DNA of 56,161 bases from Candidatus Hadarchaeales archaeon (GTDB lineage Archaea > Hadarchaeota > Hadarchaeia > Hadarchaeales > JAWBSP01). The DNA lies in the NCBI GenBank assembly GCA_038842485.1, contig JAWBSP010000005.1:1-56161 (forward strand), given 5' to 3'. Under the pieces are notes generated by a model, which was not told the origin of the DNA, searched no databases, and saw nothing but the letters and a program-made list of their open reading frames with translations. Both the position numbers and the translations under genes were made by a program. Below are positions 49,673-56,161 of the stretch, piece by piece; position 1 is the stretch's first letter; the number at the start of each line of letters is the position of its first letter.

Positions 49673-50425
49673 CTAAGCTGGCGGGCTAGGAGCAACCGGC
49701 TGACCGAGAACCAAAAGGCAGAGCGATTTTTCGCATATCTCTCGTAGAAGCCGTGGTTGGAGGGTTCCATGCTTTGAGAAATCCCCGAGCGGTCCACCCA
49801 TGTCTAGGAGGAGGAACTTGAACGCTAGGGTGCCGGGGTTGGTTTTCCCCCTAGTCATCTTCTCCAGTGTGAAGACCAAGGAACGCAAGTTGGAGTCCCT
49901 CCTCGACTTGATCTCTGCCAGAACTCTTTCCAAGGAGAAGCCGTTGCCCAAGTTCTCATAGATGAGCTGGCCGACCTCACCGGCAAGCTTCCTGTACGCG
50001 CAGAGAACCTCTTTGAGAGCCATCTGCTCGGCGTGGAGGTCAAACTCCCAAACCACGGCCGACCCAGCCTTTACCACTCGCTGCAGGAGTTGGGGATCCA
50101 AACCGAAAAGCGGGAGTGCCAAGTGGCCGGAGAGCATGAGGGCCCTGAGATCTGTGAGTGGGATTTCGCGCTCGGCCTCGAAAAGTAGCCTCCTCGCCAC
50201 CTCATCCAAGATTTCCGGCAGGTAGACGGCTATCACCTCCCCCCTCCTGACAAAGTCTCCCACCAGACTGTGAGTCAGGACGATCTCCCTGACCGAAATC
50301 ACCCTCTCCCTCACCAGCCAGCTGTAGGTGGATGAAGGCAGGTAGAAGGGTCTCCCCACCAGCCTTTTCGCGGCCTCTAGGCTCTCAGGGGATTGAAGAA
50401 CGCTCACATCGCAGACGGCTCCCAT
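49673..50425 (-). CDS. Hypothetical protein with a PIN-like N-terminus
   Basis: AVCDVSVL, later TDLRAL and GLD acidic residues. Confidence 0.5.
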   Translation of the reverse strand: MGAVCDVSVLQSPESLEAAKRLVGRPFYLPSSTYSWLVRERVISVREIVLTHSLVGDFVRRGEVIAVYLPEILDEVARRLLFEAEREIPLTDLRALMLSGHLALPLFGLDPQLLQRVVKAGSAVVWEFDLHAEQMALKEVLCAYRKLAGEVGQLIYENLGNGFSLERVLAEIKSRRDSNLRSLVFTLEKMTRGKTNPGTLAFKFLLLDMGGPLGDFSKHGTLQPRLLREICEKSLCLLVLGQPVAPSPPA

Positions 50426-50465
50426 TGTGGATTTTGCCCACCGGTGCCGTTTAAAGGGGAAAAAT

Positions 50466-50873
50466 CTAGCTCCAGCCCAGCACCAGCAGTTCACCTAGCT
50501 CTGAAACGTGGGTCGGCGGTAAGAGGGCTTTCGATTTCACCTCGGCCAGAAGCTTTTTCTCTTCCCTCGGGAGGAGAATGCCATACACAACAAACTTTTC
50601 ATCGGGTCGGTCTGAGGTGACCACATAGCACATGTATTTGACACCTTCCCTCCCCATTTTGAGAAAATCGGAAACTTTCGGGGCTCCTCCACAGCGGTAC
50701 TCCAAGTTCTTTGGTGGGAGAAGCTTCCCGACCCGCTTCAACACCTCCCAGGGTATCTCCTTGAGCCTCACCTCGCCCTCCTCCCTGAACTTGATATAGG
50801 GCCTCAGAAGGCGGAGGATGGGTTTGGTGAAACCCCTTGGCCCGTATAGACCCTCCTCCTCAGAACCTACCAT
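50466..50873 (-). CDS. Hypothetical protein
   Basis: 135-aa ORF with host-like codon usage. Confidence 0.6.
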   Translation of the reverse strand: MVGSEEEGLYGPRGFTKPILRLLRPYIKFREEGEVRLKEIPWEVLKRVGKLLPPKNLEYRCGGAPKVSDFLKMGREGVKYMCYVVTSDRPDEKFVVYGILLPREEKKLLAEVKSKALLPPTHVSELGELLVLGWS

Positions 50874-50935
50874 TTAAAACTCGTTATGGCCCGTTTCAAT
50901 TTTACCCTTCTTCGCTAACCCGAAGATTGCTGAAA

Positions 50936-51031
50936 TGGTAGCGGGGGGAGGACTTGAACCTCCGACCTCCGGGTTATGAGCCCGGCGGGCACTCCACGCT
51001 GCCCTACCCTTATAGACCGGTTAGGTTCGCT
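50936..51031 (-). tRNA. Initiator tRNA-Met (CAT) with an 18-nt intron at 4/5 (51010-51027); CCA encoded
   Basis: Spliced product AGCG|GGGTAGGGCAGCGTGGAGTGCCCGCCGGGCTCATAACCCGGAGGTCGGAGGTTCAAGTCCTCCCCCCGCTACCA; A1:U72 and three consecutive G-C pairs in the anticodon stem. Confidence 0.9.
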
Positions 51032-51124
51032 ACGGCAGGGTAGCACACCCGCTACCATTATTCTTAGACTCCCAGCGATAAAGGTTTTCGCCGAGTAACG
51101 AAATAGCAACCTGCGAATCTTTTG

Positions 51125-52138
51125 ATGGTCATCATCCTCCGGGTGGGAGAACTCTTCCTCAAGAGCGCAAAAACGAGAAGAAGGTTTGAAAATCTCCTAA
51201 TCCAAAATCTGCGGGAGGTCCTCCACGGGATAAAGTTTGAACTGGAGAAAGAAAGGGGACGAATTTACCTCTCGACGAAGAGCAGGAGGGCCTTGGATAG
51301 GCTTACCAAAGTTCCAGGCATAGTTTCCCTCAGCCCGGCCGTTACAGCCGGCCCTGAACTCAAGGATATAGTCCAAACTACAACGAAGTTTGCGAGCAAG
51401 TTCCTGAAGCCCGGCATGAGTTTTGCGGTTCGGGCTAGGGTCGTCGGAAAACACCCCTTCACGGCGGATGAGCTCAACCGGGTGGTGGGTGCATCCATCC
51501 TCCAAGCACTTCCTCGTACCACCGTCAACCTCTCCCACCCCTCTCTAACCGTTGAGATAGAAGTACGTGGAGGGAAGGCCTACGTCTTTTGTGAGAGGAT
51601 CAAGGGAGCGAGAGGGTTACCGGTAGGCTCGGAGGGGGAGGTCGTGGCCATCTGCAGCGGTAGGGCTGAGGAGGTGCTGGCCACCTGGCTTTCCCTGAAA
51701 CGGGGCTGCTCGGTGCATCCAGTTGTACTCTCCCACCAACCCCAGAGGGTGCTAGAGCAGCTCAGGAAGCTGGGGCAGCCGATGAACGGGATGCTGGTGC
51801 GGAGGAGAGTTGTGGATGGCACCATCGAAGGCGCGGCTATTGCCCTCAGGGTTGCGGGGGAACTTGGAAGGAAGATGGGTGCCCTTGCGGTCGTTTCGGC
51901 TGAACTGCTCGAAAACCTGCCCCCGGACCTCTCCCAGTTGGACTCGTTCTGCCCCCTACCCGTGCTCAGACCGCTGGCCGGAATGGACCTGGAGCTCGCG
52001 AGAACCTGCGCATCAGAAACCGGCCTCCAGCTCGAAGCTCCGCCTCCCTTGAAACCGGCCGAACTCTCGCCCGCGCAGATCGAGGAAACCGCCAAGGAAC
52101 TCCTGAAGCTGGCTAGAGAATTTCGCTTGAAGCCTTGA
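51125..52138 (+). CDS. ThiI-like protein (NFLD + THUMP) with a degenerate PP-loop domain
   Basis: GELFLKS..RRRFE, FAVRAR, VNL..P, GLPVG, KRG; SGRAEE in place of SGGxDS. Confidence 0.8.
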   Translation: MVIILRVGELFLKSAKTRRRFENLLIQNLREVLHGIKFELEKERGRIYLSTKSRRALDRLTKVPGIVSLSPAVTAGPELKDIVQTTTKFASKFLKPGMSFAVRARVVGKHPFTADELNRVVGASILQALPRTTVNLSHPSLTVEIEVRGGKAYVFCERIKGARGLPVGSEGEVVAICSGRAEEVLATWLSLKRGCSVHPVVLSHQPQRVLEQLRKLGQPMNGMLVRRRVVDGTIEGAAIALRVAGELGRKMGALAVVSAELLENLPPDLSQLDSFCPLPVLRPLAGMDLELARTCASETGLQLEAPPPLKPAELSPAQIEETAKELLKLAREFRLKP

Positions 52139-52697
52139 CCATTTTTGCAAGCTCGGAAATGGGATCCTCCGAATCCCTAACCTCAAACCTTAGAAGGCGG
52201 CGGGTCGCATACAAAATCGCCGCCGAACGTTCGCCCCTCCTATCCCCTCCAGCCTTGGCTCCTTCCCTTAGTGCCGCGAGCAGTCTTTGAATGGGGGATC
52301 CTCCCGAGCGAAACCCGGCAACCATAGCCCTCAGGACCCGCTCGCCCGCCAAAAAATTCCCCCCGCACAGGAAGTCCTCACCCGCCAGGTGTCCGGCGAA
52401 GGGTAGACACCTGCTCCCCGTGTGGGCCGCCGCTCCGCCCATGCCCAGAATCAGCACCTGCCTCAGCTCCCGGCCCGAATCCCTCTCAAGCAGTCTCTTT
52501 AGGCATTCCTCCGGTTTCACGCCCTTTCGAAGGAGCTCGAGTCCCTTAGGTCCATAGGAGGTTTCGGTGAGGCCTTGGGTTGCGACCGCACCCACCCCTC
52601 TCTCCGCCCAGGGAACCCTCTCCCCCACGCTGGTCGAGCCGGAGGCTACTGCCACCCCGAAGTTCTCCCCCTCCCTAACCAGGATCGAGAAGGTCAA
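52113..52697 (-). CDS. DUF1028 Ntn-hydrolase-like protein
   Basis: MTFSI, GVGAVATQ, RQ, GGDRRG..SAA. Confidence 0.9.
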   Translation of the reverse strand: MTFSILVREGENFGVAVASGSTSVGERVPWAERGVGAVATQGLTETSYGPKGLELLRKGVKPEECLKRLLERDSGRELRQVLILGMGGAAAHTGSRCLPFAGHLAGEDFLCGGNFLAGERVLRAMVAGFRSGGSPIQRLLAALREGAKAGGDRRGERSAAILYATRRLLRFEVRDSEDPISELAKMVKASSEIL

Positions 52698-53328
52698 GCT
52701 TCGCCTCCAACTCGCGGAGATCCCGAATAACGTAATCCCCGGTGAACCTCCCGGTTCTATCCATGAGATAGCTCCTTATCCCGAACGAGCGGGGTACCTC
52801 CAAGTCGAACTTGGGGTGATCCCCCACATGAACCAGCTCCTCAGGTCCAAGTCCCAGCTCGGATAGGATCCGCTGGAAGGTGGAGCACTTCTTCAGCTCC
52901 CCAAAATCCGTGAGGGCGGAGTAAACGCGGAAAAACATGTCCCTGATGCCGGCCTTCTCGAGCTGGAACTGGGCGAATTCTTTCGGCGCATTGGTGCAGA
53001 TAACCAGTCTAAACCTCTTGAAGAGAGCCTCCAGCACCCCTCTCGCCTCGGGGTACAGTTTGACCTTCCCGCCGCAGGCCGAAAAAATCTCCTCCTTGGT
53101 TACCCCCAGACCAAACTTTAGGATCCAAAATTCGAGATCGTACCATTCCCTTCTCTCGTCCCCCACCCTCTCGTACTCACTCTCCACCACCCTCTTCGCC
53201 TCCTCCAGGGGGATTCCCAGTCTACGGGCGTAAAGGCGCGGGAGATGCTCGTGCCAAACTTCATCCGCGAAGGTAGGCTGAAAGAGAGTGCCGTCCATGT
53301 CAAAGGAAACCGCCTTGATACCTCCCAT
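52675..53328 (-). CDS. HAD-superfamily hydrolase
   Basis: FDMDGTL, TN, HVGD...D. Confidence 0.92.
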   Translation of the reverse strand: MGGIKAVSFDMDGTLFQPTFADEVWHEHLPRLYARRLGIPLEEAKRVVESEYERVGDERREWYDLEFWILKFGLGVTKEEIFSACGGKVKLYPEARGVLEALFKRFRLVICTNAPKEFAQFQLEKAGIRDMFFRVYSALTDFGELKKCSTFQRILSELGLGPEELVHVGDHPKFDLEVPRSFGIRSYLMDRTGRFTGDYVIRDLRELEAKLDLLDPG

Positions 53329-53355
53329 ATATAGGTGGAAACGCCGAACGATTAA

Positions 53356-54435
53356 ATGAAAACTTTGGCAATCGTTTTGCTCTCTCTGGTCTTTCTGGAA
53401 CCCGCCCTCGCCCAAGTGGCCGAGCGTCCTATCTGGCAGGTGGGGGACGCCTGGGCTTGGGGAGGAAGCTATGACCTTGGGGGCTCCTGGGCTGGGTTAA
53501 GCTCAAGAGGAAGGCTCGAAGCATACGCGGCGATGAAGGTGGAAGCCATCGAGAACGGATGTTATAATAACTCCATGAAGCTCGGGATGGAGCTCAAGGA
53601 TCTAAAGATTTCGATCAGCGCTGAGGGGGCCTCCGCTGAAATCTGGGGATCGGGAATGCTGAAGGGGGATGGAACCCTCTCCTACACGGTGGAGGAGCTT
53701 GCAAACAGCTCAGGTCAACTGACGCTGACCGGCTGGTTCTCCCTCGGGATGAGGGCCCCAGGCCTGGAGGCCGAGGTGAGGCTCCGGGACCTCACCGTTC
53801 AGATGCAGGCAACGTGCGATCCCCCCATCGACTTTTACGATTTCCCCATGGAGGTTGGCGAGAACTGGCTGTGGGGAGGGAGGGTGCTGGCGAAGGTCTC
53901 CGTGCACGGGTGGGTGGAGGCCACGGTCAAGATGATCGGCTACGAGAACAGCTTTGCAGAGGAAATAAGGGAAGAGGACACCAAGGAGGAGTTCATCAAC
54001 GGGCAGAACTCCTGCACCCGTCTGGTACCGGTGGTGGTTGACGGGACAACGGAAGATTGCTTTGAAATTCTCGTCTCCTTCCCGCTCTCTGAGGGACTCC
54101 CTCCCATACCAATGCTGTACCTTTATTACTCACCCACCAAACGCAACCTTGTCGGTGCCTCCATCCCATGGGCTGGTCTACTTTCCCTGCCTTCTCAGGT
54201 GATAGGGGAGAGAGAGTTGCCACCTCAGTTGTCTGGATCCTTCGAGCAGCTTGGAAGCATGCTCGAGTCCCTGCAGGGTATGGAGGAGAGTGCGCTTTCC
54301 TTCTATTCCATTTCACCCTCCGAGGCCGAGCACAGGATTTCTGCCATGGGTAAGGGTTTTGAGATTCCTTGGATAGCGCTCGCGGTAATTCCCGCCCTTG
54401 TGGTTGTGGTAGTGCTGGTTGCGAGGTTGCGCTAA
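53356..54435 (+). CDS. Secreted beta-rich protein with a C-terminal TM anchor
   Basis: Signal peptide, P.WQVGD.W, DFP..VG..W, YYSP, terminal TM followed by Arg residues. Confidence 0.75.
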   Translation: MKTLAIVLLSLVFLEPALAQVAERPIWQVGDAWAWGGSYDLGGSWAGLSSRGRLEAYAAMKVEAIENGCYNNSMKLGMELKDLKISISAEGASAEIWGSGMLKGDGTLSYTVEELANSSGQLTLTGWFSLGMRAPGLEAEVRLRDLTVQMQATCDPPIDFYDFPMEVGENWLWGGRVLAKVSVHGWVEATVKMIGYENSFAEEIREEDTKEEFINGQNSCTRLVPVVVDGTTEDCFEILVSFPLSEGLPPIPMLYLYYSPTKRNLVGASIPWAGLLSLPSQVIGERELPPQLSGSFEQLGSMLESLQGMEESALSFYSISPSEAEHRISAMGKGFEIPWIALAVIPALVVVVVLVARLR

Positions 54436-54469
54436 TACTGTAATATTCTCCCCTCACCACGGAATTTGA

Positions 54470-54542
54470 GGGCCCGTGGTCTAGCGGTTATGACGGCGGT
54501 CTTACACACCGCAGATCCTGGGTTCGAATCCCAGCGGGCCCA
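54470..54542 (+). tRNA. tRNA-Val (TAC)
   Basis: GGGCCCG...CGGGCCC-A; GCGGT-CT-TAC-AC-ACCGC; GGTTCGAATCC. Confidence 0.96.
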
Positions 54543-54766
54543 TGTGAATTTTTGAAATCAATTGACAATAGCTGGTCTTCTCTGAGCCTCCGGAGATTTG
54601 GTCAGAGTTCTGAAATCCGTTCGCTGGAATTACTGAGGAGCGATTGAGAAAGTTCACTGGACAGGATTGTTGCTTTGAGGAAATTCCTAAGGTGTTTAAA
54701 CGACCGTATGTTTTACGCCTCGAAAAGAGTCCCGAGCGCCTTTTTTCTTGGAAAAACCTAACTTGG

Positions 54767-55701
54767 ATGGAGAAGCTGCGCATAGAGAATTTCAAATCGA
54801 TCGAGATGCTAGAACTGGATTGCAAGAGACTCAATGTGTTTATCGGCGAACCCAACACAGGTAAATCGAACATATTGGAGGCGTTGGGGCTCCTGTCATA
54901 CTGCTTTTACGGCCAGGGGAAATCCATCGGGGATTTCGTCAGAATGGAAGACATGACGAATCTATTTTACAAACGCGAGATAGACCGGCCAGTGAAAATT
55001 TCCGCAGACGATAAAACTTTATTTTTGAGATTATGACGAAAACTCATTTATTTTGGAACTCGGTGATCGATCCCTCTCGAGGCTTGCTCTAAACGGAAGA
55101 GAAGCGCCGATGCTATGGTTGCCACCGGAGTTCAAGCCCTTCAGGTTTTACAGGTTTGCCGAACTCAGAAAATTCTCTGCGACCAATCCAGACCATCTAG
55201 CCCCCACATGGGGAAAATCTGTTTGGCGTTCTCCTAACGAATAAAGACCTCAGAGAATTGATTGGGGAAATATTCGCCAAGTTTAACCTAAAACTCGTCC
55301 TTCATCCACGTGAAGAGAGAATGGAGATACAGGAGGAAAAAAGGGGGATTGCCATCGCCTATCCCTACTTTACCGTTTCGGACACTTTGCGTCGCCTGCT
55401 CTTCCATCTGGCAGCAATCAAGACGGCTAAAAAGTCCGTGCTGATTTTTGAGGAACCCGAGGCCCACGCCTTCCCATACTACTCAAAATACCTAGCCGAA
55501 CTGATAGCGGGTGATGAAAACAACCAATACTTCATTTCAACCCACAATCCGGTTTTCCTCCTAACTCTGGTTGAGAAGACGCCCAAGGAGGAGGTACAGG
55601 CTCTACAGGTTTATTGGGAGAACCACCAAACAAAGGTTCGAATTCTCGAGCTCAAGAAAATTTTGGAAGCTGATTATGACATCTTTTTCGAACTGCAATG
55701 A
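54767..55701 (+). pseudogene. AAA_15/AAA_21-type ABC ATPase split by two frameshifts
   Basis: IENFKSI and GEPNTGKSN in fragment 1; LIFEEPEAH and FISTHNP in fragment 3; frame changes near 55030 and 55203. Confidence 0.8.
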
Positions 55702-56105
55702 TTTGCGAATGTGAAACAGAGCGTGTCTTAGCCACACTTCTTCACCTCAAAGGAACTCATGTGGGAGGAAAGAGCAGAGTTCTCAAGAGAATAGAGAGAG
55801 GCGAGGGGGAAATTGGACTTATTGATGAGGATCCATCATGTGAGCAACCTCCGTCTCTTCAAATGTATAGAATCGAGTACGAAGGAGAAGGTATCAAAGT
55901 TTTAGTTAAAGGAGGAAACCGAATAGTTATGCTCTGTCCAAACTTCGAGGAATGGGTGCTAACGACAAGTAAAGAATCAGGGGTGGACCCCAAGAAATAT
56001 GGTCTCCCGGATGATCCTGAAAGGCTCCACGAAGTAGCAGGGGGCGCACCGACCGGCTCAAAAAATGGATTTCGGAGCTTATCCAAGCAAGGGGAACTCG
56101 AATAA
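55698..56105 (+). CDS. TOPRIM-like partner of the ATPase, possibly degraded at the 3' end
   Basis: CECETE, GGK, IDED, FEEW; ATGA-coupled. Confidence 0.55.
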   Translation: MICECETERVLATLLHLKGTHVGGKSRVLKRIERGEGEIGLIDEDPSCEQPPSLQMYRIEYEGEGIKVLVKGGNRIVMLCPNFEEWVLTTSKESGVDPKKYGLPDDPERLHEVAGGAPTGSKNGFRSLSKQGELE

Positions 56106-56161
56106 GTAGGTTGATTCAACTACTTACCTCAGCCTAGGGACTCTTCCGTTGAGCCCTTAAA

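Noticed and set aside
51048-51053. Upstream AGCGGG as the real 5' exon of tRNA-iMet (about 40-nt intron)
   Set aside because: No register gave flanking helices for a BHB, whereas the inner AGCG at 51028-51031 gives a complete hBHBh'
55034-55036. In-frame TGA as selenocysteine or readthrough
   Set aside because: The same frame stops again shortly after and coding continues in another frame; a frameshift explains it
1-56161. CRISPR array, rRNA, transposase or integrase
   Set aside because: No regularly spaced repeats or recognisable motifs seen by eye

Overview
Gene-dense archaeal chromosomal segment. Evidence for an archaeon: aIF1A, Rio1, Dim2/KH, NurA-HerA, TYW1, SepRS/SepCysS, TATA/BRE promoters and mostly leaderless or overlapping genes. 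A Hadarchaeota-like anaerobe is a guess, not a demonstrated assignment. The window carries a sulfur-amino-acid cluster (tRNA-Cys, DUF39-CBS + NIL-ferredoxin homocysteine system, a ThiF/E1-like enzyme, SepCysS, with SepRS about 32 kb away), SufS, NadA, a His-type Thi4, a full trpEGDCFBA operon plus trpB2, two divergent IPMS-family synthases, dapB, asd, transporters, glycosyltransferases and three tRNA genes (Cys-GCA, initiator Met-CAT, Val-TAC). The most striking observation is an initiator tRNA-Met gene with an 18-nt intron at position 4/5 of the acceptor stem. Its bulge-helix-bulge splice motif can only be built with the 5' leader, and the leader also carries a decoy copy of the 5' acceptor strand that can pair with the 3' CCA end. 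Other oddities are a DUF62 SAM-hydrolase/TYW1 fusion, two truncated CbiP-like paralogs inserted into the aIF1A-rio1-dim2 cluster, a C/D K-turn leader, an HTH protein with a MinD-type membrane helix, a 39-aa Zn-finger ORF below the ORF-track cutoff, paired TGYACA boxes before trpE and nurA, a decayed Lrp locus, and a frameshifted ABC-ATPase/TOPRIM pair after tRNA-Val. All calls come from motif recognition by eye; no searches were run.
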